A DNA stretch of 64,000 nucleotides from Myxococcales bacterium (GCA_037441385.1 JBBISH010000013.1:1-64000), one strand, 5' to 3'; numbered from the stretch's first letter, positions 8,997 to 19,270 are shown. Notes: generated by a model from the sequence alone, not told the origin. Numbers and translations: made by a program.

Positions 8997-10952
8997 TTAG
9001 TGGTGGTGGTCGTGCTCGCCGTGGTGGTGGTGATGGTGACCACCGGCACCGTGATGGTGGTGGTGGCCAGCCGGAGTCCGCACTTTCAACACCGACCCGG
9101 CAGGATGGCCGGGAGCGGCGGGGCGGTGGTGGTGACCGTCGTGGTCCCCATGGTGATGCCCCGCGTGCCGATGCGGCGAGGCACCGCCCGCAAATTCCAT
9201 GATCTGCGCCAGGAATCCGCGCGGACCCTGGCGCATCCAACTGGCCAGAAACAGCAGGCCCAGGGCCGCCAAGGCGATCGGCGCCAGCGGCCCGTGATCG
9301 TGGCCATGGACCGTGGCCGCCGCTGCAGGCACCTGAACGCCCAGCACCGCGTTCGCCAAGTAGCCGGCGCCCACGGCCAACAGCGTCATGCCGCCCATGT
9401 ACGCAGCCGCCGCCGTGCGCCCGTGCAGACGGCCGAGCATCCCCACCGTGGCGAGATTGGTCGCGGGACCAGTAAGCAAGAAAGCCAGGCCCGCGCCTGG
9501 CGAAACGCCCGCCCCAAGCAGCACGGCGACCAGCGGCGTGGCCCCCGACGCGCAGACGTACGTGGGCATGCCGGCCAGACCCCATAGGGGCACCTGCAAA
9601 GCGGGCGGCAGGCCCAGCAGCGCGCTGCCGCCCAGCCACGGCTGCACCGCGGCGGCCAGCACCAGGCCAAGCAGGATCCAAGGCCCCGTGTGATCGACCA
9701 TCTCGACCAGGCCGACCGTCAAAGCCGTGCGCAACCGCTCGCTCCTGCTGGCATCTGCCGGCTTGGCCAACTCGCCCAACTCGCCGCGCTCTGGGTTGCT
9801 CGCGTGGCGGTCGTCCAAGAAACCGCCCAGGACCACACCCATCGTCAGCGCCAGAGCAAACGCCGCGACTAGCCGCGCCACCGTCATGGCCGTGCCGAGC
9901 AGCGGCAAGGACAGTAACACCGCATCCAGGCCCAGCTCGGGGGTCGCCACCAAGAACGCCATCGCCGCGGCCGAGGGCACGCCCTGCACCACCAGCGAGC
10001 GATACACCGGCACCACCCCGCACGAACAGATCGGCAGCGGCAAGCCAAAGGCCGCGCCCCGGCAGGCACGGCTCAGCCGCGAACCGCGCGCCATCCAGCG
10101 CACGCCCGCCGCCGGCAAGTAGGCCTGCACGGCGCCCGCCGCCGCATAGGCCAAGAGCAGCGCAGGTGCCGAATCCACCGCCAGATCGACAAAGACCCGG
10201 ATGCGGCTGGCGAATTCGGGCTCGTCGGTCGGCAACGATCCCACCAAGAGCGCCAAGCCGGCCAGGCCGCCCAAGCCGGCCGCCCAGCGCCAACTGCCCG
10301 GACCGCGTTGCTTTTCGTGTTGACGCTCGGCGACCAGCGGGTGCGGCCGGTGGACGATGACGTGCAGCAACGAACCCGCAACGAGTGCTTCGGTCCAGCC
10401 CATACCACCCGACGTGTGCAAGAACGCCAGGGAATCGGCGGCAATCATCCCTCCGCCCGTGGCCACGGCCACGCTGGCCAGCACCGCCGCGGCAAAGGTG
10501 GTCCCGTAGCCGGGCGCCAGCAGCCACCAGATGGTCAGCCCCTCTGGCAAGCGGTGGAGCAGCACGGCCGTGGCCAGGTTCGCCGCCGCGTCGCCCTGTG
10601 CGTGCCCGAGCACGACCCCGTCCAGGCCGGCGTGCAGGCACAGACCGAGCAACCCCAGGCCCAGGGCGGCGGTGTGCACGGCCCGCGCGGCGCGGTGCAG
10701 CCACACCTCGAGCAGCGTCGGCCCCACAAAGCCCAGAACCGCCAGCAAAACCACCGGCCAGCCGCCCTTGTGCACGGCTTCGGGCAACGCATCGGTGGCG
10801 ACCAGACCGCCCACCGCCACCAGCACAAAAGCATCGACCGCGTCGAGCAAATGCCGCCAGCGCGCCGCCAACCACACCACCGCCGGGCCCAGCAGCAACA
10901 CCGCCGACGAAGCGGCCAACCACTGCCAGCCGTGCAGGCCCGTGCTCAGCAC
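8997..10952 (-). CDS. Metal permease (ZIP-like N-half plus ArsP/SO_0444-type permease) with poly-His tail
   Basis: Many TM helices; HAGLDG and HRLPEG (ZIP-like), PICSCGV and YVCASGATP (permease family); very His-rich C-terminus. Confidence 0.8.
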   Translation of the reverse strand: MLSTGLHGWQWLAASSAVLLLGPAVVWLAARWRHLLDAVDAFVLVAVGGLVATDALPEAVHKGGWPVVLLAVLGFVGPTLLEVWLHRAARAVHTAALGLGLLGLCLHAGLDGVVLGHAQGDAAANLATAVLLHRLPEGLTIWWLLAPGYGTTFAAAVLASVAVATGGGMIAADSLAFLHTSGGMGWTEALVAGSLLHVIVHRPHPLVAERQHEKQRGPGSWRWAAGLGGLAGLALLVGSLPTDEPEFASRIRVFVDLAVDSAPALLLAYAAAGAVQAYLPAAGVRWMARGSRLSRACRGAAFGLPLPICSCGVVPVYRSLVVQGVPSAAAMAFLVATPELGLDAVLLSLPLLGTAMTVARLVAAFALALTMGVVLGGFLDDRHASNPERGELGELAKPADASRSERLRTALTVGLVEMVDHTGPWILLGLVLAAAVQPWLGGSALLGLPPALQVPLWGLAGMPTYVCASGATPLVAVLLGAGVSPGAGLAFLLTGPATNLATVGMLGRLHGRTAAAAYMGGMTLLAVGAGYLANAVLGVQVPAAAATVHGHDHGPLAPIALAALGLLFLASWMRQGPRGFLAQIMEFAGGASPHRHAGHHHGDHDGHHHRPAAPGHPAGSVLKVRTPAGHHHHHGAGGHHHHHHGEHDHHH

Positions 10953-11036
10953 TCTAACCTCTTGGTTCGCAAACGGGCCTGGCTCTCCAAAACCGGGCCT
11001 CGCGGTACGCGGCGCATCCCTGCTGCCGGCGTGACC

Positions 11037-12014
11037 CTACGCCTTCAGCCAACGCGCGGCCGCACGGGCATAGTAGGTCAGGATCAGGTCGGCGCCCGCG
11101 CGGCGAATGGCCAACAGACTCTCTAGCACCACGCGCTTCTCGTCAATCCAGCCGTTTTGCGCGGCGGCCTTGATCATCGCGTACTCGCCCGAGACTTGGT
11201 AGGCCGCGACCGGTAGGGTCGTGTTTTCGCGGACCAAGCGGATCACGTCCAGATAGGGGCCGGCGGGCTTGACCATCACCATGTCGGCGCCCTCGCCCTC
11301 GTCCAGCGCCAGCTCGCGCAGGGACTCGCGGGCATTGGCCGGGTCCATCTGGTAGGTCTTCTTGTCGCCGAACTTGGGCGCCGAGTCCAGCGCGTCGCGG
11401 AACGGCCCGTAGAAGGCCGAGGCGTACTTGGCGGTGTACGACAGGATCGACACGCCGGTAAAGCCTTCGCTATCCAGAGCTTCGCGGATCGCCGCGACCC
11501 GGCCGTCCATCATGTCCGACGGCGCGACGATGTCGACTCCAGCGCGGGCGTGGCAAAGCGCTTGCTGACAGAGGACTTCCACGGTCTCGTCGTTCAGGAT
11601 CTTGCCGTCTTGCACGATGCCGTCGTGGCCGTCGCTGTTGTACGGGTCCAGGGCGACGTCGCTCAGCACGATGAGCTCGGGCCACTGGCGCTTCAGCTCG
11701 GTGATTAGCGTCGGCACCAGCCCCTTAGGATTGAAACACTCGCGTCCATCCGAGGTTTTGAGGCCTTCGTCGATCTTGGGGAACAGGATGACGGCGCGAA
11801 TTCCCTCGTCCCAGGCGCCCTGCACTTCTTGCAGCAAGGCGGCGCGGTCCAAGCGCAGGCAGCCCGGCATCGACCCGATCGGCTCGGTGCCCGTGCCGGC
11901 GTGGACGAACAGCGGCAAAATGAAGTGTTGCGGCGCCAGCCAGGTCTCAGCGATGGCGGCGCGGATGGCCGGCGACTTGCGGTTGCGGCGGGGACGGTAG
12001 GGCAGATCGAGCAT
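11037..12014 (-). CDS. hemB: Porphobilinogen synthase (delta-aminolevulinate dehydratase), Asp-rich non-Zn type
   Basis: RPRRNR, DVALDPYNSDGHDG, APSDMMDGRV, KYASAFYGPFRDA, MVKP, AYQVSGEYAM. Confidence 0.96.
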   Translation of the reverse strand: MLDLPYRPRRNRKSPAIRAAIAETWLAPQHFILPLFVHAGTGTEPIGSMPGCLRLDRAALLQEVQGAWDEGIRAVILFPKIDEGLKTSDGRECFNPKGLVPTLITELKRQWPELIVLSDVALDPYNSDGHDGIVQDGKILNDETVEVLCQQALCHARAGVDIVAPSDMMDGRVAAIREALDSEGFTGVSILSYTAKYASAFYGPFRDALDSAPKFGDKKTYQMDPANARESLRELALDEGEGADMVMVKPAGPYLDVIRLVRENTTLPVAAYQVSGEYAMIKAAAQNGWIDEKRVVLESLLAIRRAGADLILTYYARAAARWLKA

Positions 12015-12106
12015 GTCGGCACACGGGCGCGCATCGGTGCGCGCGGCAAGGATAGCAGAGCGCAGCCCCAGAGGGGATTGGCCCACGCGGCGGCGTGAGA
12101 CGCCTG

Positions 12107-12194
12107 TGACGAGAAGACCTGGGGGTGACGGGAAGACCTGGGGGTGACGGGAAAACCTGGGGGTGACGGTAAAAACTTGGGGGGTGACGCGAAG
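12107..12194. repeat. ~4.5 tandem copies of a 19-bp G-tract unit (TGACGGGAAGACCTGGGGG)
   Basis: Units start at 12107, 12126, 12145, 12164 (21 bp) and 12185 (partial), in the ugd-hemB intergenic region. Confidence 0.85.
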
Positions 12195-12208
12195 CGGACG
12201 GATCGGAC

Positions 12209-13522
12209 TCAGCGGCGGCCGATGCCGTGGTACTCGAAGCCGGCTTCAGAGAACTCTTTGGGATCCCAGATGTTGCGGCCGTCATAGACCAAGCGGCAGC
12301 GGGTGGCGCCCGCGAGGTCGGCCGCCGAAAGACCGCGGAATTCGGACCACTCGGTGACGAGCAAGACTGCGTCGGCGCCCGCCACCGCCTCTTGCCAGGT
12401 GGCGGCGTAGGTGATGCTGTCGCCTAGTTCGACACGAGCAGTGTGCTGCGCCACTGGGTCGTAACCCACGATCTTGGCGCCAGCTTTGCCCAACTTGCGG
12501 GCGATGGTCAGGCTGGGCGCTTCGCGCATGTCGTCGGTGTCGGGCTTGAAGGCCAGGCCCAGCAGCGCCACGGTCTTGCCGCGCAGGTCTTCGCCCAGAC
12601 GCTTCAAAACCCGGCGAGCCAACAAACCTTTTTGCTGATCGTTGACCGACTCGACCGCCGACAGGATCTCCATCGCGCAGCCGGCGTCGCGGCCGGTAGA
12701 CATGAGCGCCTTGACATCCTTGGGGAAGCACGAGCCGCCATAGCCGATGCCGGCGTTGAGGAAGAGCGCGCCGATGCGGGCGTCCAGGCCGATGCCGCGC
12801 TGCACCGCCTTGACGTTGGCGCCGACCTTGTCACACAACGCCGCGACTTCGTTCATGAACGAAATACGGGTCGCCAGCATGGCGTTGGCGGCATACTTGG
12901 TCATCTCGCTGGAGCGGACGTCGACGTGGATCATCTGCTCGGGGCCGCGGACGAACGGTGCGTAGAGCTGGTCCATCAGATGGCGAGCCCGCTCCGAGCG
13001 CGCGCCGACCACGACGCGGTCGGGGTGGATGAAGTCCTCGATCGCCGCACCTTCCTTAAGGAATTCGGGATTCGACACCACCTCAGCTTCCACGCCAGGG
13101 CGCTGCGCCAAGCGCTCGTCCAAGATGGCCTGGACCTTGTCGCAGGTGCCGATCGGCACGGTACTTTTTACGACAACGGCCGTGTATCCGGTCAGGTGGT
13201 CGGCCATGCTGCGCGCCACGTTGAGCACATGGCTCAGGTCGGCCGAGCCGTCTTCTTGCGGTGGCGTGCCCACGGCGATGAACACCGCGTCGGCTTGGCT
13301 GATCGGGCCGCTGCCATCGGTGGTGAACTGCAGACGCCCGGCGGCGGCGTTTTCGCGGACCATCTGCTCCAGGCCCGGTTCCCAAATCGGAATGATGCCT
13401 TCGCGCAGACGCTCGACCTTGCCGGCGTCGATGTCGACGCAGGTGACCGCAAAGCCGCCGCTTGCGAAACACGCGCCCGCGACCAGACCGACATAGCCCG
13501 AACCGATGACCACAACCTGCAT
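12209..13522 (-). CDS. ugd: UDP-glucose 6-dehydrogenase
   Basis: GSGYVG, VVKSTVP, SNPEFLKEG, GYGGSCFPKD, GLAFKPDTDDMRE. Confidence 0.95.
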   Translation of the reverse strand: MQVVVIGSGYVGLVAGACFASGGFAVTCVDIDAGKVERLREGIIPIWEPGLEQMVRENAAAGRLQFTTDGSGPISQADAVFIAVGTPPQEDGSADLSHVLNVARSMADHLTGYTAVVVKSTVPIGTCDKVQAILDERLAQRPGVEAEVVSNPEFLKEGAAIEDFIHPDRVVVGARSERARHLMDQLYAPFVRGPEQMIHVDVRSSEMTKYAANAMLATRISFMNEVAALCDKVGANVKAVQRGIGLDARIGALFLNAGIGYGGSCFPKDVKALMSTGRDAGCAMEILSAVESVNDQQKGLLARRVLKRLGEDLRGKTVALLGLAFKPDTDDMREAPSLTIARKLGKAGAKIVGYDPVAQHTARVELGDSITYAATWQEAVAGADAVLLVTEWSEFRGLSAADLAGATRCRLVYDGRNIWDPKEFSEAGFEYHGIGRR

Positions 13523-13639
13523 GGGACCCTCGAACGCTGCACGACCGCCAGGGCGGCGGGGCGCGAAAGTGTACGTCAGGGCCGCGCTTGTGTCGATCGC
13601 GAGGCCGGGGCCGCTCGTGTGGATGTCACGGCAACGTCG

Positions 13640-14488
13640 TCACGCTTGTTCCAAACGGGCCAGGGAGGGCACGAGCAGCTGTTGCAGCGCCTGCGGCTGG
13701 TCGACATGCAGCCAATGCCCGGCGTCGGCCAGAGTATGCAACCGCACGTCGCGACTCTGGATCTGGGCCAGACGCTGCAGGACCCCGGGTGTCCAGCGCG
13801 ACGAGCGTCCGCCGCGCACCACGTCGATGCGCAGCCCCGGCGGCGGCCGCTCGAGCACGGGCCAACTGTCGGTCGCAAAATACGACGCCAACATCTGATC
13901 CACCGCGGCCAGGTCAAAGCGCCAGTACAGCCCGCCGTCGCGCTCGCTCAGGTTGGTGGTCATCCACTGCGCCACGCCGCCATCGACCCCGGCTTGGGCG
14001 AACCGGTCGAGCAACTGCGCGCGACTGGCCAGAGGCTGCGGAACTTCCCGCAAAAGCTGCAGAATCAGGGCCAGCGAGTCCGGATCGCCCGCGGCCGCCC
14101 ATTCCTCGGCCAGCGTCAGGTGCGGCAGCGTGTCGAGCACCCACACCTGCCGCAGCCCCAAAGGCGGCCGCTTGGCCAGCTCCATCGCCACTTTGCCGCC
14201 GTACGAGTGGCCGATCACCACCTGCGCCGGCACTTGCCACTCGGCGAACAGGCCCTGCACATCGCGCACGCAGGCGTCCAGGTCGTGCGGCGGCGGCGCG
14301 CCCAGCGAATCTCCGTGGTTGCGCAGGTCCGCCACGGCGACGCGCCAAGACGGCCGCGACCGCTGCAGCTGCACCGCCACGCTGCGCAGGTTGCGGGCCG
14401 AGCCCAGGATACCGTGCAGCAGCAGAGCCACTCGGTCGGGCTGCGACGCCGGGCCTTCGACCCAGATGACTTTTGGCAACCACGGCAT
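13640..14488 (-). CDS. Alpha/beta hydrolase (YbfF/ABHD11-like)
   Basis: LLHGILGS, DLRNHG, GHSYGG, GHWLH; start chosen at ATG 14488 with GAGG RBS. Confidence 0.88.
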   Translation of the reverse strand: MPWLPKVIWVEGPASQPDRVALLLHGILGSARNLRSVAVQLQRSRPSWRVAVADLRNHGDSLGAPPPHDLDACVRDVQGLFAEWQVPAQVVIGHSYGGKVAMELAKRPPLGLRQVWVLDTLPHLTLAEEWAAAGDPDSLALILQLLREVPQPLASRAQLLDRFAQAGVDGGVAQWMTTNLSERDGGLYWRFDLAAVDQMLASYFATDSWPVLERPPPGLRIDVVRGGRSSRWTPGVLQRLAQIQSRDVRLHTLADAGHWLHVDQPQALQQLLVPSLARLEQA

Positions 14489-14558
14489 GCCCCACCTCGC
14501 GCGGCGGCAGCTTGTCAAAAATCGCGCTTCGGTCAAGCTGGGCGGGCGGAGGTGAGCC

Positions 14559-15224
14559 ATGGCTGCACCGTGGACGACGCGAATCCTTGGGCTGCTCTGC
14601 CTGTGTTTGCCGGCGCTTGCCCTGGCCGAGCCGTGGCAGCGCGTGGGCGTGGAAGACGGCGTCACGCTAGAGATGCGCGACGTGCCCGGCAGCGATCTCC
14701 CCGAGTTTCGCGGGACCGCGATCCTGCCCGCGGGTTTGTACGAGGTGGCGGGGGTCGTGGACGATCTGGACCACTTTTGCGACTGGAACGCCCGCTGCGT
14801 CAAGAACCGCGAGTACGTGCATATCAGCGACACGGAACGGATTTTCTATATGCGGACCGGCGCGCCCTGGCCGCTCGACGACCGCGACGCGCTGCTCCAC
14901 GGCAGCGTGACGGGCCTGGGCACGTCCGAAATTACCGTTCGATTTCGTGCGATTGCCGACGCGCGCTGGCCGCCGGTCGACGGCTGCGTGCGGATGCCCA
15001 TGGTGGTGGGCTCGTGGAAGATGACCCGCTTGAGCGACCAGCAGACGCGCGTGGAGTACCAAGTGCGCGCGGATCCGGGCGGCCATGTGCCGGCGTGGGC
15101 GGCGCGGCTGACGGCCAAGCAGGTCCCGCGCGATACGATTGCGGGACTGCGGCGCCACTTGCCCAGGGTCCGGGGCCGCTACCAGTCGTTTGCGGACAAG
15201 TGGGACAAGCCGAGCACTCCGTAG
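14559..15224 (+). CDS. START-domain lipid-binding protein, secreted
   Basis: Signal peptide; APWPLDDRD and DPGGHVPAW motifs. Confidence 0.8.
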   Translation: MAAPWTTRILGLLCLCLPALALAEPWQRVGVEDGVTLEMRDVPGSDLPEFRGTAILPAGLYEVAGVVDDLDHFCDWNARCVKNREYVHISDTERIFYMRTGAPWPLDDRDALLHGSVTGLGTSEITVRFRAIADARWPPVDGCVRMPMVVGSWKMTRLSDQQTRVEYQVRADPGGHVPAWAARLTAKQVPRDTIAGLRRHLPRVRGRYQSFADKWDKPSTP

Positions 15225-15230
15225 TTTCGA

Positions 15231-17678
15231 CTACTTGAGCGTGCTCTCCAGCAGCGATTCCGCCGTCGCCGGGATGGCGTCGATGCCTACGCCCAGCGCC
15301 ATCGACAGGGCGTTGCACACAGCCGGCGCCGGCCCGTCCATGGGCAGCTCGCCGATGCCCTTGGCCCCAAAGGGGCCGTAGGCGTACGGGTTTTCGTCGA
15401 ACAGCACCCGGATCGTCGGCACGTCGGCCATGGTGGGAATGACGTAGCTAGTCAAATTGGCATTCCACATGCCGCCTTGCGCGTCCAGACGCACCTGCTC
15501 CCACAGCGCCCAGCCCAGCGCCTGCACCACGCCGCCCGCGATCTGTCCCACCGCCAGCGTGGGATTCAGCACGCGGCCGATCTCTTGAAAGGCCACAAAG
15601 TCCAGGACTTTGACCTCCATCGTGGTGGTATCGACCTCGATGTCGGCGCCGTAGGCCGCCCAGGCGTAGGTGCCGTAGGCGACGCCCTTGTAGACCGTAT
15701 CGTCCCAGATCACGCCGGGCGGCGGGGCGTAGCGGCTCCAGCCTTCGTTGACCGCCGGGCCCATTTCCGCCGCCTTCTTCAAGGCATTGCGCAGGGCGTC
15801 CGGCTGCCAGGTGGCGCCGCGGGCCACGCTGAGGGCCGAAGGAGCGGGGACGGGCCCCTTGGCGGCCATGTCGGGCGTCAGCAGGCCGGCCTTTTCCAGG
15901 TTCAAGACCAAGTCGTCGCAGGCGCGGGCGACCAAGTGTCCCACTACCATCGACGTTCGCGAGGCCACCGTGGGCCCCGAGTTGGGCACTTCCTTGGTGT
16001 CGGGCCGCGCCACACACACGTCACCCAGGCCCAGACCCAGCGCGTCGGCGGCGATCTGGGCAAAGATAGTGATGGCGCCCTGTCCGATTTCGGTATTGGC
16101 CACGCAGACTTCGACTTGGCCCAGGGGCGTGACGCGCACCTTGCAGCGCGAGTCGAGCATCACTTCGCCCGAACCCGTGAAGCCGCAGCCGTGCATAAAA
16201 GTGGCAAGGCCCAGGCCGCGGCGCAGCATGCCGCCGGTGCGGGCCTGCTCGGCATTGAACGCCTGATACTGCTTGTGCTTATCGGCCCAACCCAGCTCAG
16301 CTTGCACCTTGGCCATCCAGGCCGGATAGTCCACTTCCTCGGTGATCACCTGCCCGGTCGACAGCGTGCCGCCCGGTCGCACGAAGTTGCGGTTGCGCAG
16401 GGTGTCGCTGCCGATCCCCAAGGCGTGCGCGGCCTTGTCCAGGTGCCGCTCCATGGCGAAGATGGTCTGCGGCGCGCCAAATCCACGAAACGCCCCGTTG
16501 GGCGCGGTGTTGGTCAGCACCGCCTTGGACTCGATGCGGACGTGCGGGATCTCGTACGGCCCGGCAATGTGCAGGGTGCCGCGCGACAAAACCACAGGTG
16601 ACAGCGTGAGATACGCGCCACCGTCCATGCGCACCTGCGCTTGCAGGGCCAGCAGCGAGCCGTCCTGAGCGTGGGCGGTGCGGATGCGCGTCTCGCAGGG
16701 GTGGCGCTTGGTGGTCGCCTGCATGTCTTCGACGCGGTCGTAGATGATCTTGATGGGCCGGCGCGCCTTCATGGCGAGCAAGGTGGCGTGGCCGGCGATG
16801 ATCGACGGATAGTCTTCTTTGCCGCCAAAGCCGCCGCCCGTCGCGGTCTGGGCAATCTCCACGGCGTCGTCGGGCAGGTTGCACAGATGCTTGATGGCGG
16901 TATGCACGTAGTACGGGCACTGCATCGACCCTTCGATGCGGACCTTGAACGGCTGCTTGGGCCAATGCGGGTGCATCTGATCGTGCGGATGTAGGTCAAC
17001 GCGGGCGATCATCCCCTGCGGCTCGATGTAGGCCTGCTCTTGCGCACCGGTGTGGTACACACCCTCTACGACCTTGTAGGCACTGGCAAAAACTGCCGCG
17101 AGCGCCGCGTCGTCTTCGCCCGCACCTTTGCACAGGCGCAGGTTCTTCAGCGAATTGTCTTTGCCGCGCTGGATCTGCTCGGCGGTCGGCAGTTGGGTGT
17201 AGTCGATGTAGGCGGGCAGCGGCTCGCACTCCACATGCACGCGGGTGGCGGCCCAGCGCACCACCTCGGGATCCGGGTGGGCCAGCAGCACCACCGCCTC
17301 GTGCTTGTGGCGGAATTCGCTGCGCACCAGATACGGTTGGTCGCGCTCGATGAGCTGCACCATGTTCAGGTCGACCAAGTTCGAGGCGGCCGCGTCGCTG
17401 GCACCGTGCGACGTGTCGGGCGCATGCACCGACGCCACGCTGGCCGGAATGTCCTTGGCGGTGACGATCACGAACTCGCGCCAGTCCGGCCCTTCCAAGA
17501 AGCGCACGGCCTTGACCCTGCCGCGGGCGATCGGCGTGCGCACCGTGGCGCCATGCCAGCCGTCAAAGGGCAAGTCGTCGACATAGCGAATCGTTCCGCG
17601 AACCTTGGCCTCGGCGTCCAGACGGACCGGGCTTTGGCCAACATGGGGCAGCTTGGGCGGAAAAGCAGGTGCGTTCAT
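15231..17678 (-). CDS. Xanthine dehydrogenase family molybdopterin-binding subunit
   Basis: QAYIEP, GGGFGGK, AFRGFGAPQ, EIGQG, GAKGIGE; start at ATG 17678 inferred. Confidence 0.92.
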   Translation of the reverse strand: MNAPAFPPKLPHVGQSPVRLDAEAKVRGTIRYVDDLPFDGWHGATVRTPIARGRVKAVRFLEGPDWREFVIVTAKDIPASVASVHAPDTSHGASDAAASNLVDLNMVQLIERDQPYLVRSEFRHKHEAVVLLAHPDPEVVRWAATRVHVECEPLPAYIDYTQLPTAEQIQRGKDNSLKNLRLCKGAGEDDAALAAVFASAYKVVEGVYHTGAQEQAYIEPQGMIARVDLHPHDQMHPHWPKQPFKVRIEGSMQCPYYVHTAIKHLCNLPDDAVEIAQTATGGGFGGKEDYPSIIAGHATLLAMKARRPIKIIYDRVEDMQATTKRHPCETRIRTAHAQDGSLLALQAQVRMDGGAYLTLSPVVLSRGTLHIAGPYEIPHVRIESKAVLTNTAPNGAFRGFGAPQTIFAMERHLDKAAHALGIGSDTLRNRNFVRPGGTLSTGQVITEEVDYPAWMAKVQAELGWADKHKQYQAFNAEQARTGGMLRRGLGLATFMHGCGFTGSGEVMLDSRCKVRVTPLGQVEVCVANTEIGQGAITIFAQIAADALGLGLGDVCVARPDTKEVPNSGPTVASRTSMVVGHLVARACDDLVLNLEKAGLLTPDMAAKGPVPAPSALSVARGATWQPDALRNALKKAAEMGPAVNEGWSRYAPPPGVIWDDTVYKGVAYGTYAWAAYGADIEVDTTTMEVKVLDFVAFQEIGRVLNPTLAVGQIAGGVVQALGWALWEQVRLDAQGGMWNANLTSYVIPTMADVPTIRVLFDENPYAYGPFGAKGIGELPMDGPAPAVCNALSMALGVGIDAIPATAESLLESTLK

Positions 17679-17739
17679 GCGCGGGCCTAGAGTGCCTGAT
17701 CGCAGGCGCTGCGAGTGTAGCCCGGCTGACGGCAGGCGG

Positions 17740-18321
17740 CTATGGGCGCGGGGCGGCGAACTTGTCGGCGCGATAGGTCCAGACACGCGCGTCGGCCTGC
17801 CAATGCCGCGGCGCCAACCCGGCCTTACGCCACAGATGATCCAGGAACGCCGCGCGATCGGGCAGATCCTCCCACACAGCGGGCAGGAACGTGGCGCCGC
17901 GGCCGCCCATCCGCACCAGCAACCCGTCGCGGCCCGGCTGCAGCGCGTCGTGCAGGGCCTGCCACGAGTCGACCGGCAGCGGCTGCATGGGCGACAAGAT
18001 GCTGATCTCCATGGTCACTTGCGCCAACTCGTGCGCGCGGACCGGGGCAAAACGCGGGTCGCGCAAGGCGGCACTGACCGCATTGTCGGCCAGCGACTGG
18101 GCGAGTGGCTTGTTGGGCTCCAAATTGCCAATGCAGCCGCGCAATTGGCCTGCCTCTTCCAAGGTGACAAAGGTGGCCGCGGGCCCTGCCAGCCAGCGGT
18201 ATTCGTCCACGATCGCCGCTAGTTCCAGCTCCAAGCCGCCCAGCACAGCCCTCTCCAAGGCCGACCAAGCCAACGCCGCCATGACCCGCTGCTGCGTCGC
18301 TGACCAAGGCCCAGCGCTCAC
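17740..18321 (-). CDS. amrA: AmmeMemoRadiSam system protein A (AMMECR1 domain)
   Basis: ATFVTL...LRGCIG...DPRF...ATFLP.VW...KAGL; GTG start overlaps the amrB stop (GTGA). Confidence 0.88.
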   Translation of the reverse strand: MSAGPWSATQQRVMAALAWSALERAVLGGLELELAAIVDEYRWLAGPAATFVTLEEAGQLRGCIGNLEPNKPLAQSLADNAVSAALRDPRFAPVRAHELAQVTMEISILSPMQPLPVDSWQALHDALQPGRDGLLVRMGGRGATFLPAVWEDLPDRAAFLDHLWRKAGLAPRHWQADARVWTYRADKFAAPRP

Positions 18322-19136
18322 TGCGCAACCTCGGATTCCCAGAAGGCAAACGCGCCGTACCCCACGACGCGGTTGGTGTCGCCGCTGGCGGCAGCCGAGG
18401 TGCGCGCGTCCAGTTGCTCGCAGCGCAGGTGGTGGGCGCGGGCGGCGCTGAGCAATCCCGCCACGGCGTAGCAGCCGCAAGCCATGTCGCCGCGCCAGCC
18501 GGTGGGGTCCATTGCCAAGACTTTGCGGCAGGTTTCGCCGTCCACCTCGGTGCAGGCGGCTTGGGTCAAGTAGTGCGACAAGTCGCTGCTGACTACGATC
18601 AAGGTCTCGGATTCGCCCCACAATTCGGCCAGAAGGCCCGCCACTTGCGGTGGCGGAACCGCGCCGACCAGCACCGGCACCAGCTCCCAGCGATGGGGCA
18701 GGACCCGCTGCAAGAACGGCAGCTGCACCTCCAGGCTGTGCTCGCGTTCGTGAACCCGCTCGCTGACCAGCATGTCGGGCCGCTCGCCCAAAGTCGCCAT
18801 GTCGCGGACGCCCAGGCCAACCAGCCCCAGCGGCGTGGACCACACCGAAGATTCGGGAAGGGCAAACCGATCCAGGGCGAAGTGGTGCGAGGGCCCCAAC
18901 ACCACCACCCGGCGGATGTGCTCGGCGCCCTGCAAGAGCGCGTAGGCAGAGGCCGCAACGGCGCCACTGTAGAAGTAGCCAGCGTGGGGCGCGATCAGCG
19001 CCTTGGGGACCGGCCACCGCCGGGACACGCGCGCCTCCCAGGCCTGGTCGAGTTGGGCGTTCAGCGCCGGGCGCTGGTCTGCGTAAAAGCTGCCCGCCAC
19101 GGCCGGTTTGCGGATTCGGATGGTCGGATCGGTCAT
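18318..19136 (-). CDS. amrB: AmmeMemoRadiSam system protein B (MEMO1 family)
   Basis: PAVAGSFY, PHAGY, GPSH, EHSLEVQLPFLQ, SSDLSHY, VVGY. Confidence 0.92.
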   Translation of the reverse strand: MTDPTIRIRKPAVAGSFYADQRPALNAQLDQAWEARVSRRWPVPKALIAPHAGYFYSGAVAASAYALLQGAEHIRRVVVLGPSHHFALDRFALPESSVWSTPLGLVGLGVRDMATLGERPDMLVSERVHEREHSLEVQLPFLQRVLPHRWELVPVLVGAVPPPQVAGLLAELWGESETLIVVSSDLSHYLTQAACTEVDGETCRKVLAMDPTGWRGDMACGCYAVAGLLSAARAHHLRCEQLDARTSAAASGDTNRVVGYGAFAFWESEVAQ

Positions 19137-19270
19137 GCACCCTCCGGCGACTGCTCTGCGCATCATGCGACCGCCGCGTCGGCGGCACAAGGGCCGCGCC
19201 GGGGTTGCGCAAAGGCCCACCGCGCAATACCTTGCGGCCTTGCGGACCGGCCGCGAGCGGAGAAACGGCG

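Noticed and set aside
12107..12194. CRISPR array
   Set aside because: Contiguous 19-bp units without unique spacers; no cas genes.
12443..15238. 931-aa plus-strand ORF and similar long antisense ORFs (e.g. 22766..25123, 30699..33689, 36098..38113)
   Set aside because: Shadows of well-supported genes on the opposite strand in high-GC DNA; no recognisable motifs.
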